Notes: generated by a model not told the origin, from the letters alone. Shown: positions 18,804 through 29,522, numbered from the stretch's first letter. The stretch is DNA of 64,000 nt from Candidatus Kerfeldbacteria bacterium (GCA_903825245.1 CAIJZX010000031.1:14413-78412), one strand, 5' to 3'. Program-made: numbers and translations.

Positions 18804-19004
18804 TCAGTATTCGTTGGGAATTGATCCTTCAATACGAAGGATATCCCGTGTCAACTCGAAAAACTCTTCAGGCGACTCCCCGGTCGGATACAACAACTCG
18901 CCCGTACCGACACACAGGTGCTCAGGGAAACTATCGGACATCGGACACTGCTCGGTACAAAAGGTACAATGAAGAGCGAAAACATTACTGGCATCACGCG
19001 ACAT
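18804..19004 (-). CDS. Small CxxC-containing protein (cassette gene)
   Basis: TTGACG-17-TAGCGT promoter, GGAGG 7 nt before ATG 19004. Confidence 0.5.
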   Translation of the reverse strand: MSRDASNVFALHCTFCTEQCPMSDSFPEHLCVGTGELLYPTGESPEEFFELTRDILRIEGSIPNEY

Positions 19005-19087
19005 GACCATCCCTCCGTGGATTGGATAACGCAAAACCCAACTCATTCTCTACGCTACTCCGAGACCACCCTGCCGTCAAGTTTCTC

Positions 19088-19330
19088 TTACCGCTTGATC
19101 ACAACAATCGTACAATGAGTCATCAGGGCAGCAATCGCTCCAACTGCTACCAGTGGCATTGCCACCACCGCGCCAATGACTCCAACTGTTACCGGGAATT
19201 GAATAATTTCTTTTCCGTCGTCATTTTTAATGATGATTGTCCGGGCATTACCGGCGACGATAATCTCCTTCACTTTGCGAACGAGGTCGTCGCCAGTGAC
19301 CTTGAATTCTTCATCGGGTGATTGTTTCAT
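19088..19330 (-). CDS. DUF4342 domain protein
   Basis: EEFKVTGDDLVRKVKEII..GNAR.IIIK...PVTVG. Confidence 0.85.
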   Translation of the reverse strand: MKQSPDEEFKVTGDDLVRKVKEIIVAGNARTIIIKNDDGKEIIQFPVTVGVIGAVVAMPLVAVGAIAALMTHCTIVVIKR

Positions 19331-19334
19331 ACAT

Positions 19335-20315
19335 TTATTTCCAGTGAATATCGATATTTGAGGCACCAGTAGTAACCCGAAGTTCGAGCTTCTTGTTGTG
19401 ATCTCCCGCACCGTCACTCACGTACGTTCCATCGGATTGCTTAGTAAATCTCGGTACTGTTTTACTTGAGGCGCCAGTATCGAGATGGAGCGTTACACCA
19501 AGTGTTGACGGTAGAGTAATATCAATCGAACTCGCTCCAGCATCAATACTGACAGACGACGTATCAACAAGATCGCCCAAAGTGATATTGAGCGATGAAG
19601 CACCGGACTTGATTGTGGCATCGGCCAGTTGAACCGACGACAGGTCAGCCGTAAGATCAGCCGCACCAGTGTCCAGGCTGAGCGTTACCGGTATATCGTT
19701 TGTCAGGCGCATATGAAGATCATTGTGCAATCCACCAAACCACCAACCTGGCGTACCATTTGTTGTCGTATACGTAGTTTCTTGCTGTTCACCACTGAGC
19801 GTTGACATACCAGAGAAACTTCCGCCCGCTGAACGATAGGTACCACTTATTACCTCGGCAGATCCGCCCTGAAGATCAACGGACACCGCGCCAAGTTTCA
19901 ACGTTACTGCCGCTGTCACCGCTCCATCAATTTTTTGCTCGCTAAAGGTCGATGTCGTCATGGCGTGTGACGGTGATGATGTTTGCATCAAGACCAAACT
20001 GCAGAAACCGATGAACACTAGTGTCACTAAAAACCCCATCAATCCCGCGCCAGTGTGACCGCGTAAAAAAATCGACAGACCAATCAAGATAATAATAATC
20101 GGCCACAATTTCCAGACCTCAAATGCGACCGTCCAATGCCAACCGTAATTATTCGCTAGCAGTTGCGCACCAAACAATACTACAACCGCACCGATAGCAA
20201 AACGCCACACGGAAAACCGTCGTGGCTTCTGGTGTTTCGATGTAGGCGATGGGACTGGGGTTGGAGCCGGCGATGGGGTCGGTATGGAAGTGGTTACGTG
20301 TGGTTCAGTGGTCAT
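19335..20315 (-). CDS. LiaF/LiaI-like membrane protein with extracellular toast-rack-type domain
   Basis: WKLWPIIIILIGL TM motif; repeated L..GA.. beta strands. Confidence 0.75.
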   Translation of the reverse strand: MTTEPHVTTSIPTPSPAPTPVPSPTSKHQKPRRFSVWRFAIGAVVVLFGAQLLANNYGWHWTVAFEVWKLWPIIIILIGLSIFLRGHTGAGLMGFLVTLVFIGFCSLVLMQTSSPSHAMTTSTFSEQKIDGAVTAAVTLKLGAVSVDLQGGSAEVISGTYRSAGGSFSGMSTLSGEQQETTYTTTNGTPGWWFGGLHNDLHMRLTNDIPVTLSLDTGAADLTADLSSVQLADATIKSGASSLNITLGDLVDTSSVSIDAGASSIDITLPSTLGVTLHLDTGASSKTVPRFTKQSDGTYVSDGAGDHNKKLELRVTTGASNIDIHWK

Positions 20316-20764
20316 ACATTTTTTCTTATCATTAACAAAATACCGACGAAAATTATTACTATTGGCCAGAGAATATCCCATCGCACGATATCCCACGGAA
20401 GATATTGTTTCGCCAGGACAATCAGACCAACTAGTATCAGTCCCCCACCAACAAAATTTCGAGCCGCAGTACCATTACCAATCTTCTGTCGAACGACTGT
20501 TTCGGCACGACGTGCAGCATCGCTCATCTCCTGACCGACTTGATGGACACGATCGTCCCTGGTCATTGATGCGTCTTGTTCCGGAATGATCAACCACAAC
20601 AGGATATAAACCGGAATAAGCCAACCCTTCCACAACGTCAGCAAAACGACAATTACTCGTACCAAAGTGACGTCAAGATTCCAATACTCAGCAATCCCGC
20701 CACAAACACCGGCGACAACGCGGTTCGTTGTTGATCGAAGAAATCGCTTTGTGGGTTGTTCCAT
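20312..20764 (-). CDS. pspC: PspC domain protein
   Basis: LRS..NRVVAGVCGGIAEY..LDVTLVR, YILLWLIIP. Confidence 0.88.
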   Translation of the reverse strand: MEQPTKRFLRSTTNRVVAGVCGGIAEYWNLDVTLVRVIVVLLTLWKGWLIPVYILLWLIIPEQDASMTRDDRVHQVGQEMSDAARRAETVVRQKIGNGTAARNFVGGGLILVGLIVLAKQYLPWDIVRWDILWPIVIIFVGILLMIRKNV

Positions 20765-20849
20765 AATTCGATAATGAGGTGCTGAACTCCGTTAGAATAC
20801 TGGATGGGCTGGGACTGTCAAGACTGGCCTATTCTGCTATACTTGCCTT

Positions 20850-21404
20850 ATGAAACTGACCACCGGAACACTCGTCGCCACCTTCGGAAGCGGCTGTTTT
20901 TGGTGCAGTGAACCGATATTCTACGATCTTCGAGGTGTCGTTGCTGTGACCGTTGGTTACGCCGGTGGAACAACAACCAATCCGACGTATGAGGAGGTTT
21001 GCCGCGGAACAACTGGCTATGCTGAGGTCATTCAGGTTACTTTTAATCCAAAAGTTATTTCGTACGAACAGTTGCTCGAAGTATTTTTCTTTACCCACAA
21101 TCCAACCACGCTGAATCGGCAAGGGAATGATATTGGAACGGAATATCGTTCGGTAATTTTTTATCACGATGACCAGCAGAAACAGCAAGCCGAACACGTC
21201 CGTGCCAGCATTGATGCTCAACATATCTACAACGATGCCATCGTTACTACTATCGAATCATTTACCACTTTTTACCCAGCCGAGGAGTACCATCAACAGT
21301 ACTACGAAAAAAATCCCGATCAAGGATATTGCCAAGTAATTATTAATCCGAAGATTGCGGCCTTCCGTCAAAAATTTACCACCCTACGAAAAAACTACCA
21401 GTAA
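20850..21404 (+). CDS. msrA: Peptide-methionine (S)-S-oxide reductase
   Basis: GCFWC, GYAGG, NRQGNDIGTEYRS, AEEYHQQY. Confidence 0.96.
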   Translation: MKLTTGTLVATFGSGCFWCSEPIFYDLRGVVAVTVGYAGGTTTNPTYEEVCRGTTGYAEVIQVTFNPKVISYEQLLEVFFFTHNPTTLNRQGNDIGTEYRSVIFYHDDQQKQQAEHVRASIDAQHIYNDAIVTTIESFTTFYPAEEYHQQYYEKNPDQGYCQVIINPKIAAFRQKFTTLRKNYQ

Positions 21405-21517
21405 TGTTTTTGGGAAGGATTTCGGTACCTATACCTTCGGGTGCTCGATCTTCAAGCGTCCAGTCCCAGCCGGATAGTGCAACAACTCTAAAGTCGCCGA
21501 AGGATATTAGTCTTTCG

Positions 21518-22018
21518 TCAGGAACGCATATACTGTTCGAACCAAAAAGTTTCACCACCTTCAGTAACTGGCTTCCCTTTTGCTACCAGCGTAAAGTCGG
21601 AAGGTATAGGTGGAAATAACACATCGCAGTTGTGTCCATCTTTCACTCTAGTGATTAATAATTCCTGACAATTCGGCAGGGCAATCGCCTGCTTGTAGAT
21701 ACTCGCACCGCCGATGATAAAGACTTTTTCTACGCCAGCTGCTATATTGAATGCTTCGTCAAAACTACCCGCCGTCTTCGCGCCATCGTAGGATGTTTTT
21801 GATAGACTCAAAACAATGTTCTCTCGTTGCGGTAGCGGACGAAATTTTTCGGGAAGCGACGACCAGGTTGCCTCGCCCATAATCACGGCGTTCTTTCCCC
21901 CACCAATGGTGAGTTCTCGAAAATGTTTCAACTCACCCGGAATACGCCACGCCAGTTCACCATGACGTCCAATGCCATTTTCCTCATCAATTGCGACAAT
22001 GATTGAGAATGGGACCAT
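21518..22018 (-). CDS. folA: Dihydrofolate reductase
   Basis: IVA...GIG..G.L.W, VIMG, RPLPQRENIVLS, IIGGASIY. Confidence 0.93.
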   Translation of the reverse strand: MVPFSIIVAIDEENGIGRHGELAWRIPGELKHFRELTIGGGKNAVIMGEATWSSLPEKFRPLPQRENIVLSLSKTSYDGAKTAGSFDEAFNIAAGVEKVFIIGGASIYKQAIALPNCQELLITRVKDGHNCDVLFPPIPSDFTLVAKGKPVTEGGETFWFEQYMRS

Positions 22019-22941
22019 TAGACGGCAATCTGAAATTTGATAGCCGGATCCGGATCGTAACCGGTTAGGGTAAAATCTTCATACACCAAATCATCGATCG
22101 GTTTATTGGCAATAGTCAACTGCGGTAACGTTTTGGGTTGCCGTGTCAGTTGTTCTTTGACGCCATCAATGTGATTCAGATAAATATGGGCATCGCCGAA
22201 AGAATGGATAAAGTGGCGCGGCGTAAAACCTGTTTGTTGAGCGATGATCATCAAGAGTGCTGCGTAACTGGCAACGTTGTACGGGACGCCGAGGGCCATG
22301 TCGGCGCTCCGCTGATACAGTTGTAAATCAAGAAATTTGTTCGTGACCTTGAATTGGAAAATCGTGTGGCACGAAGGAGGCGCGTGGTGGTGATTGCGAA
22401 TAAGATCCTGAATTTCTCCGACATTCCACCCGCTGATGATAATCCGTCGCGATCCTGGATCTGTTTTCAACAATTCGATCACCCCGGCGATTTGGTCAAT
22501 TTCCTCGCCAGAAGCAGACAGCCACCGCCGCCATTGTTTGCCGTAAATTGGTCCAAGTTCGCCGTACTTTTTCGCGAAGGCGTCGTCCGTTTTCACCTGT
22601 TCAACAAATTCCTGCATCCTCACTCGCCAACTATCGGAGTACCGCGGATACTGGTCAATGAGTTTATTGTCTTCCAGGTAAATCTGGTACGCCCACTCGT
22701 TCCAAATTTTCACGTCGTGCTGGACAAGATACTGGATGTTCGTATCGCCGCGAAGAAACCATAGGAGTTCAACAATGACATTTTTAAAACTGACTTTTTT
22801 CGTCGTCATCAATGGAAAGCCCTGACGCAGGTCATAACGCACCTGCATACCGAAAACCGACTTCGTACCAACTCCGGTCCGGTCGTTATGGTGCTCACCA
22901 TGATCGAGGATATATTGGAGTTGATCGAGATATTGACGCAT
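22018..22941 (-). CDS. thyA: Thymidylate synthase
   Basis: DRTGVGT, ELLWFL, LGPIYG.QWR, PSCH, YQRSADM.LGVPYN. Confidence 0.97.
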   Translation of the reverse strand: MRQYLDQLQYILDHGEHHNDRTGVGTKSVFGMQVRYDLRQGFPLMTTKKVSFKNVIVELLWFLRGDTNIQYLVQHDVKIWNEWAYQIYLEDNKLIDQYPRYSDSWRVRMQEFVEQVKTDDAFAKKYGELGPIYGKQWRRWLSASGEEIDQIAGVIELLKTDPGSRRIIISGWNVGEIQDLIRNHHHAPPSCHTIFQFKVTNKFLDLQLYQRSADMALGVPYNVASYAALLMIIAQQTGFTPRHFIHSFGDAHIYLNHIDGVKEQLTRQPKTLPQLTIANKPIDDLVYEDFTLTGYDPDPAIKFQIAV

Positions 22942-22989
22942 GGCAATGATAGAGTATCAGAAATAGAACAAAGAAAAAAGGCTAAGCGA

Positions 22990-23682
22990 CTACTTAGCCT
23001 TGGAACGAAGTGTTGTGTTGAGTGCCGACAGAACAAGCTGGTGCACAACCGGAATACTCAACAGCTCCCCGCGCGGTGCGCAATTGATTACCGTCATACC
23101 GGGAAAGAATTGAGCTAGTTCCTGGTAGACCGATGAGGCCTGACGCTGATGATGGGAATCATTCTCTGCAATATCACGTTTCGACTTCAGGTACGCGCGG
23201 TTGTGCTTCTTGGCGTTCAATTGCCGTGTCAGCGTTGTCGGAACGAAGAGAACGACTGTATGATCTGGACGCGGAATCTGCAAGAGTCGGTATTCCAGGT
23301 CAACGCTCCACTGCCAGAAACGCTGGCGGGCAGTGCGATTACTGATTTTCGCACCCTGGTGCGCCAAATTCGATGTCACATACCGATCAGCGATGACAAA
23401 GCACCCTTCCTGTAACCAGCGCTCAATCTTCGCTCTGGCCGCCACTCGATCTATCGCGTAGAGGAGCGACGCTTGATGTGAAGTGAGCGAGGACAACGGA
23501 CCGTATTCACCGCGCAAGTACGCTTCAATGGGCGCGGCCGAAGCTTCGCCGTATTGCGGGAAGGAAATAGTTCGGACGGGCTTTCCCATCCGCCGAAGTG
23601 TATTCGCCAAACGACGAGTCTGCGTCGCTTTTCCCGCGCCGTCAGTCCCCTCGATGACAATCAGAGTTCCCCGTTTCTTCAT
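22990..23682 (-). CDS. tmk: Thymidylate kinase
   Basis: IVIEGTDGAGKATQ, SFPQY, IADRY..SN.AHQ. Confidence 0.92.
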   Translation of the reverse strand: MKKRGTLIVIEGTDGAGKATQTRRLANTLRRMGKPVRTISFPQYGEASAAPIEAYLRGEYGPLSSLTSHQASLLYAIDRVAARAKIERWLQEGCFVIADRYVTSNLAHQGAKISNRTARQRFWQWSVDLEYRLLQIPRPDHTVVLFVPTTLTRQLNAKKHNRAYLKSKRDIAENDSHHQRQASSVYQELAQFFPGMTVINCAPRGELLSIPVVHQLVLSALNTTLRSKAK

Positions 23683-23773
23683 AGATCACTCCTCCTCAAC
23701 AATAGTTGATACTGCTGTCAAAGGACCGTAACCAAGGTCCTCCAACGTCTTGGTGGCGACATCGTAACACACC

Positions 23774-23803
23774 AAAAAAGCCTCCGCAATACGGAGGCTT
23801 TTC
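23774..23803 (-). terminator. Intrinsic terminator after rplA
   Basis: AAAAGCCTCCG/CGGAGGCTTTT hairpin with T-run. Confidence 0.8.
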
Positions 23804-23812
23804 GACTATCAG

Positions 23813-24490
23813 TTAGGCAGTGACTTTGATGCCCGGACCCATGCTTGAGGTCAGGGTAACGCTTTGAATGTAGGTTCCTTTGGCTTCTGAAGGTTTTACC
23901 TTCTTGACCGCATCGATAAAGGTTTCGAGGTTCGCCTGGAGCTGTTCCGGACTAAACGAGACTTTACCGATAATCTGATGCACATTGCCCGTGGTATCGT
24001 TCCGGAAGGCAATTTTGCCGCTCTGGAGGGCTTTGACGGCCACCGCCGGGTCTGGAGTCACAGTATCATTCTTCGGGTTCGGCATCATGCCTTTGGTTCC
24101 GAGGATTTTCGCAATCGGCGCCAATTCTTTCATCATATCCGGGGCGGCAATAGCGATGTCAAAATCAAGCTTTGAGGTCTTCTTGATTTCAGCAATCATA
24201 TCCGTATCGCCGACAAGGTCAGCACCGGCTTCTTGAGCCGCTTTGGCCATCGCGCCTTTCGCGAACACTGCAATCCGAAGTTTCTTTCCCGTGCCGTGCG
24301 GCAATTGCGCGGTAGCGCGAACCAACTGATCGGCTTTGCTCGGATCAATCCCGAGGTGAATATGGACCTCAACGCTGGCATCAAACTTTGTGGTCGATGT
24401 CTGCTTCAATAAGGCCACCGCTTCTTCAGCGCTGTAGGTTTTGTTGACGTCGACCAATTGCTGGGCGGCGCGAAATCGTTTACTCGACAT
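23813..24490 (-). CDS. rplA: 50S ribosomal protein L1
   Basis: KFDASVE, LPHGTGK, LGTKGMMPNPK, SSMGPGIKV. Confidence 0.97.
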   Translation of the reverse strand: MSSKRFRAAQQLVDVNKTYSAEEAVALLKQTSTTKFDASVEVHIHLGIDPSKADQLVRATAQLPHGTGKKLRIAVFAKGAMAKAAQEAGADLVGDTDMIAEIKKTSKLDFDIAIAAPDMMKELAPIAKILGTKGMMPNPKNDTVTPDPAVAVKALQSGKIAFRNDTTGNVHQIIGKVSFSPEQLQANLETFIDAVKKVKPSEAKGTYIQSVTLTSSMGPGIKVTA

Positions 24491-24503
24491 ACTGTTTTCC
24501 TTT

Positions 24504-24541
24504 CGTGGTTCGAATGCCCCGCCGTATGGCGAGGCTCCCAC
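24504..24541 (-). promoter_or_regulatory. Probable L1 autoregulatory RNA site
   Basis: GTGGGAG-hairpin-CGAACCAC just before the rplA SD, like Firmicute rplA leaders. Confidence 0.6.
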
Positions 24542-24563
24542 AAATTAGTAAATACTTGGGTTA

Positions 24564-24989
24564 TTAACCTTCAATAGTAACGCCCATGTTGCGGGCCGTA
24601 CCTTCGATAATGCGCATTGCACCTTCGATATCCTTCGCGTTCAAATCAGCCATTTTCTTTTCGGCAATTTCTTTGACTTGCGCCTTCGTGACTTTTCCGA
24701 CCTTCACTCGCAGTGGGTCAGCGCTACCTTTTTCAATCTTCGCCGCTTTCATCAATAAGACAGAGGCCGGAGCGGTTTTCAGGACGTAGGTATATGTACG
24801 ATCTTCATAAATCGTCATTTCGACCGGCGTCACTTCGCCCATACGGTCTTGCGTATCGGCATTGAACTTCTTAACGAACTCGGCGATGTTCAACCCGTGG
24901 GGTCCAAGAGCAGTACCGACCGGAGGCGCTGGAGTTGCTTTTCCGCCCGGAATTTGGAGCTTGATAATTGTCTTGATCTTCTTAGCCAT
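24564..24989 (-). CDS. rplK: 50S ribosomal protein L11
   Basis: [23 protein letters not shown]. Confidence 0.98.
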   Translation of the reverse strand: MAKKIKTIIKLQIPGGKATPAPPVGTALGPHGLNIAEFVKKFNADTQDRMGEVTPVEMTIYEDRTYTYVLKTAPASVLLMKAAKIEKGSADPLRVKVGKVTKAQVKEIAEKKMADLNAKDIEGAMRIIEGTARNMGVTIEG

Positions 24990-25046
24990 AGGTGTAGATG
25001 AGTAGAGTGAGTGCCCGATGCGAGAAGCGCGCTGCGGACAATCGAA

Positions 25047-25592
25047 TTAAATTTTCTTGACTTGTAAGAAATCGAGTTCGACAGGTGTTTCGCGACCGAA
25101 CATCGAGACGAGAACTTTAACCTTGCCGCGGCCTTCATCAACTTCCGCAACTTTGCCTTCAAATTCTTTGAACGGCCCATCGGTAATACGCACAGCGGAA
25201 TTAACTTCGACGTCGATCTTGTATTTCGGTTCGGCTACGCCCATGCGTTCGAGCAAGGCACGCACTTCCGCTTCGGCAATCGGCGTTGGGGTCGTACCGG
25301 AACCGATGAATCCGGTGACGTTCGGCGTATTGCGAACCACGTACCATGAATCATCCGTCACCAACATTTCTACCAGCACGTAGCCCGGGAAAATTTTCTC
25401 AGTCATGATTTTTCGCTTTCCGTTTTTGATGCGAATGCGATTTTCGGTCGGGATCAGGACATTATAAATTTTATCTTCCATGTCCATGGACTCGATACGC
25501 TGTCGCAGGTTGCGGGCGACGTTTTCCTCATAGCCGGAGTAGGTGTGAAGCACGTACCAGCGGCGACCTTGTTGCAGTACTTGTTTTGCCAT
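25047..25592 (-). CDS. nusG: Transcription termination/antitermination factor NusG
   Basis: WYVLHTYSGYE, FPGYVLVEM, GPFKEF, FGRETPVEL. Confidence 0.98.
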   Translation of the reverse strand: MAKQVLQQGRRWYVLHTYSGYEENVARNLRQRIESMDMEDKIYNVLIPTENRIRIKNGKRKIMTEKIFPGYVLVEMLVTDDSWYVVRNTPNVTGFIGSGTTPTPIAEAEVRALLERMGVAEPKYKIDVEVNSAVRITDGPFKEFEGKVAEVDEGRGKVKVLVSMFGRETPVELDFLQVKKI

Positions 25593-25598
25593 ACGAGA

Positions 25599-25784
25599 TT
25601 ATTTGGTCACGAGTTGAAAGAGGGCGCTCAAGCCGATATCGGCGAGGCCGAGAAAAATAGCGACGAAAATGCTAATACCCATCACCAGTAAGGTGTTATT
25701 CCGGGTTTCCAGCCATGTCGGCCAGGCGACTTTTCGGAGTTCTTCCCGCGCTTCGCGGAAATATGCAGGGGGGCGGAGAGCCAT
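25599..25784 (-). CDS. secE: Preprotein translocase subunit SecE
   Basis: ELRKVAWPT plus one TM segment; upstream of nusG. Confidence 0.93.
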   Translation of the reverse strand: MALRPPAYFREAREELRKVAWPTWLETRNNTLLVMGISIFVAIFLGLADIGLSALFQLVTK

Positions 25785-25853
25785 TGTGTATCAGTCCTAA
25801 AATGCCCCGTGGGGGCGTTGATGTAGATACTCTACCCTACTTCTGACGCGCTG

Positions 25854-27002
25854 TCAAGACGTGACTGCCTTTATCTCGAGTAGTTGCTCATGAACCCGAT
25901 GAGCTGCCGCCAAACCGCTAATCCATGAATCCTCCATGCCCACAATATTATGATCACCGGCTACTAAGATGTTCGGCAACGGCTCAATATCCAACACCGT
26001 CCCAGCGCCCATCCAAAATGCCGGTTTCCATGATTTGCATGCAATAATTTCCACCTGACCATCAAATAATTCGGAAAAGTTTTCGTCCGGAACACGGCGA
26101 TAACACAAAAACGTTCCGTCATGTTGCGGAGACAAAAATAAATTGTTGGATGGCGAACGAAACACATGAATATCGCCATGAACAAACTCCGAACGACAAT
26201 GGCCACGGAGATGATACATCGTTGCGGTTCGAGGTGTTTTGGTGGTGCGGATCGGTAACAAATTTATCAATTGCTCTGTCGGCAGTGCAACCACAACAGT
26301 GTTCGCCCTGATTGTTTCGTTAGTACTCATTTGAATCGTATGTGGTGAACCGGGAATTATTTTGGTCACCGAAATCCCCTGTTCTATAACCTGAACACCG
26401 TTCATCATCTTTGCTCGATCAACAGTAAATTCAAATACCGGAACGGTGAGATACATCATCAAATGAAAAAAATCAAAAACCGTTACCGCAGAAAGTTCAG
26501 AAAACGTGCACATCCGAATAATCGGTGCAAAATATGTGTCAACAAATTCCGTTAAGCCGTGACGCACTAACCAAAAATCAGTATATTCATTGTACATCGC
26601 TAGCAATGTCAGGTCGCGTTGAAGTGCCGCCTGTTGACCGACCTGCTCCGCGCGCTTTTGAAATCGGTGAAACCGTCGACGGAATATCAACGACCGCATA
26701 AGCAGTGTACCAGCGGCAACCGGATGATGCCACCAACTTGACCATGTTCTTGGGCCTGACCCATGGTAGCGTATTTGAGAAAGGCGTAAACGACGACCGG
26801 GAATACTACATTCACGAATATGGCGATTATCGCCACCGAAGATATACGCTCCATAGTTGACCTGACCGTCACTGGAGGATGTCACCCGTCCGCCCACATC
26901 TTGTGAGATAACGCGCACCGTATGTCCGAGTCGTTGCAGTTCCCGAGCACAGGCTATGCCAGACACTCCAGCGCCGATAATCACTGTGGGTTGTTCAGGC
27001 AT
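25854..27002 (-). CDS. FAD-dependent oxidoreductase (amine oxidase-like)
   Basis: IIGAGVSG, GGRV, AGD...MEDSWISG. Confidence 0.85.
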   Translation of the reverse strand: MPEQPTVIIGAGVSGIACARELQRLGHTVRVISQDVGGRVTSSSDGQVNYGAYIFGGDNRHIRECSIPGRRLRLSQIRYHGSGPRTWSSWWHHPVAAGTLLMRSLIFRRRFHRFQKRAEQVGQQAALQRDLTLLAMYNEYTDFWLVRHGLTEFVDTYFAPIIRMCTFSELSAVTVFDFFHLMMYLTVPVFEFTVDRAKMMNGVQVIEQGISVTKIIPGSPHTIQMSTNETIRANTVVVALPTEQLINLLPIRTTKTPRTATMYHLRGHCRSEFVHGDIHVFRSPSNNLFLSPQHDGTFLCYRRVPDENFSELFDGQVEIIACKSWKPAFWMGAGTVLDIEPLPNILVAGDHNIVGMEDSWISGLAAAHRVHEQLLEIKAVTS

Positions 27003-27050
27003 ACGTAAAGAATGTCACACTCCACGTGCGACGTCAAAACCCCTGTTTAT

Positions 27051-28151
27051 TTACACCCGCTTTTCTTCGAAGCGGAAGGTAAACACTGCCAGGGTGATGA
27101 GCACGATCGCCCAGCCGGTCATCCATAAAAGATTAGTCCGAATCGCCATAAAGCCGTCGCCGTTGGCGACCACATTCCGCAATGCCGTGGCGAACGGTTG
27201 CAATGGCAGATAGGTAACGATCTTCTGCAACCACGCCGGCATCGAACTCGTCGGAAAGAAAATACCGGACAAGAACATCATCGGGAAAACCACAATGTTG
27301 GCGATGGCCGGAACAGCGTCAACCGTTTTGGCAATACCGGAGATCGTAAAGCCGAGCCCCAAAAACATCAGCGCGCCGAGTAAGACGAGCAAGAAGATCA
27401 GCAACCACGAACCATACACATGCGTATGGAAGATCAGCATGCCGAACAATAGGAGAATAAACGTCTGAACAATAGCTACGAGCAATCGCGTCATTACCTG
27501 CGCCGCGACGAATTGTTGCGGTTTCATCGGCGTCGCCAGCAATCGTTTCAAAATCCCCTTCTCTTTATAATCGGTAAAGACGAAGGCCACCGAGAAGACC
27601 GCCATTTGCATGACCGACATAGCCACAATACCCGGCACCAGGAAATCGATGTATTTCACCGACTTAGCGTTCACCGACTGAATATCGACGTTGAACAGTG
27701 TCGGCGCTTGCGCGGCTTGAAGTGTCGTTTTATCGAGGAGTTGATTCAGGATAGTAATAGCCGTTTGGGCTTGCTGTGCCCGGGCGATGTTCTGCAAGAC
27801 GGTCACGGTTTGGGTTACCGGCGCAGAGGTAGTCGTCGGATTCGGCATCAGATCGTTGGGAAGAATAAAGACTGCGTCACGATCACCTTTCTGCAGCGCC
27901 GCTTTTTCCGTCGCCGCTGTGCCGCGGTGAATTTTAAAGACCGAAATTTTTCCCAGGGCATCGATAAACGTCTGGGTCATGGCGGACGGAGCTTGAGCAA
28001 CAACACCTACATCAATCACCTGAGGCTTATCGAAACCGATGAGGCCAAAGATACCGATAAAAATGAATGGCATGAATAACGTGAAAAACAACGATTGCTT
28101 ATTCCGCACAAACATTTTCAACGTAGAGACGGTCAGGATCCTCGTCGTCAT
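27051..28151 (-). CDS. ABC-2 transporter permease
   Basis: YIDFLVPG, KRLLATP, FLSGIFFP...MP.WLQ. Confidence 0.92.
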   Translation of the reverse strand: MTTRILTVSTLKMFVRNKQSLFFTLFMPFIFIGIFGLIGFDKPQVIDVGVVAQAPSAMTQTFIDALGKISVFKIHRGTAATEKAALQKGDRDAVFILPNDLMPNPTTTSAPVTQTVTVLQNIARAQQAQTAITILNQLLDKTTLQAAQAPTLFNVDIQSVNAKSVKYIDFLVPGIVAMSVMQMAVFSVAFVFTDYKEKGILKRLLATPMKPQQFVAAQVMTRLLVAIVQTFILLLFGMLIFHTHVYGSWLLIFLLVLLGALMFLGLGFTISGIAKTVDAVPAIANIVVFPMMFLSGIFFPTSSMPAWLQKIVTYLPLQPFATALRNVVANGDGFMAIRTNLLWMTGWAIVLITLAVFTFRFEEKRV

Positions 28152-28152
28152 A

Positions 28153-29073
28153 TTATTCACGTAATCTCCGGCCAGTAAGTTTTAGAAAAACATCCTCGAG
28201 TGTCGGTTGCTGCATTTGTAAATTTTGAATCGTCACGCCGGCTTGTTGGGCAAAGGTGAAAACCGCCGGCAAGGCGAGTGCCGGAACTTTGCTTTTCAGG
28301 AACACCACGTGATCCTCGGATTTCGCGTCATCGACGCCGGGCAGGCCTTTCAAACCGGCGACATCAATCGGTTTATTAATATGGAATTCAATCGTCGCTC
28401 CGCCGTCGGCAAGTTTGAGCAGGTTCAAGGGCGTATCCAGGGCAATGATTTTAGCATGATCCATAATGGCGATTCGGTCACACAACACTTCCGCTTCTTC
28501 CATATAGTGCGTCGTAATAACGATGGTCACTCCCCGCTTCTTGATAATACCGATCAGATCCCAGAGGTTGCGGCGCGCTTGCGGATCAAGTCCAGTCGTC
28601 GGTTCATCGAGAAAAACAACTTTCGGTTTATTGACTAACGCGACCGCAATGGAGAGTCGCTGTTTCTGACCGCCGGAGAGTTCTTTTACTTGGCTCTTTG
28701 CTTTTTCTTCAAGTTGCACTTCTCGCAACAGTTCCATGGCATCAACTTTCTGACCATATAATGCACCGAAGGTTTCAACCAGTTCCTTTAAACTGAGATA
28801 GTCAAAAAATGACGACGCCTGCAATTGCACCCCGATAATCGATTTTACCTCGCGGACATGCTTAGCTACAGACTTCCCGTCGAGGATCACCGACCCCGAA
28901 CTCATCATTTTCAACCCTTCCATCATTTCCATGGTGGTCGTCTTGCCGGCGCCGTTCGGACCGAGAATACCAAACGTTTCGCCCTGGCGAACCTCAAACG
29001 TTACACCATCCACAGCGGTAAATTCACCATACACCTTCTTCAGGTCTGTGACTTTTATGATAGCATCCGTCAT
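28153..29073 (-). CDS. ABC transporter ATP-binding protein
   Basis: GPNGAGKTT, LSGGQ, DEPTTGLD. Confidence 0.95.
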   Translation of the reverse strand: MTDAIIKVTDLKKVYGEFTAVDGVTFEVRQGETFGILGPNGAGKTTTMEMMEGLKMMSSGSVILDGKSVAKHVREVKSIIGVQLQASSFFDYLSLKELVETFGALYGQKVDAMELLREVQLEEKAKSQVKELSGGQKQRLSIAVALVNKPKVVFLDEPTTGLDPQARRNLWDLIGIIKKRGVTIVITTHYMEEAEVLCDRIAIMDHAKIIALDTPLNLLKLADGGATIEFHINKPIDVAGLKGLPGVDDAKSEDHVVFLKSKVPALALPAVFTFAQQAGVTIQNLQMQQPTLEDVFLKLTGRRLRE

Positions 29074-29144
29074 AAGTTTTTGCAGTATACAGGAAAATGG
29101 AAATATTGTGAAGAGTAGCTTTGGGGAAAAGAAAAACCGTCGAT

Positions 29145-29450
29145 TTATGATCGACGGCTGAGCCGCGGCAGATCGGCTGGATGCGCCTGGACGGACGTGA
29201 TGACGTGTTCAATCGTCAACCACCGACCGGTGCATGTGTGATGCATATGCTCGCACAAACCACACTTGGTAAGATACGCGCCGAGCTTGTAGTAATCGTC
29301 GTACTGAATCCCCAGAACACTGAGCCGGGTAGCATTCCGAATCAGCCGACGTGCCAGAAGAGTTTCCGGCCTTTTCCGCCGGTGCTGGTGTTCAGCAAAC
29401 GCGTAGATTGCGGTGACGACATTGGCGCGTACATCGTGACTTGTTGGCAC
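29145..29450 (-). CDS. Hypothetical protein (cassette gene)
   Basis: TTGACA promoter, GGAGG 5 nt before GTG 29450, terminator overlapping the stop. Confidence 0.5.
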   Translation of the reverse strand: MPTSHDVRANVVTAIYAFAEHQHRRKRPETLLARRLIRNATRLSVLGIQYDDYYKLGAYLTKCGLCEHMHHTCTGRWLTIEHVITSVQAHPADLPRLSRRS

Positions 29451-29522
29451 AACTCCCTCCGTGGAAAAGGTACAAAGCAAAACAGCCTTGCGGCTACCCT
29501 ACCATGTTAGCAAATAATGTCA

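Noticed and set aside
23686-23769. Short open frame (YDVATKTLEDLGYGPLTAVSTIVEEE) before tmk, possibly a gene remnant
   Set aside because: Too short, with no supported start; it may simply be the tmk leader supplying GAGGAGG.
25785-25853. tRNA-Trp, which often precedes secE
   Set aside because: No cloverleaf or TTCGA T-loop present.
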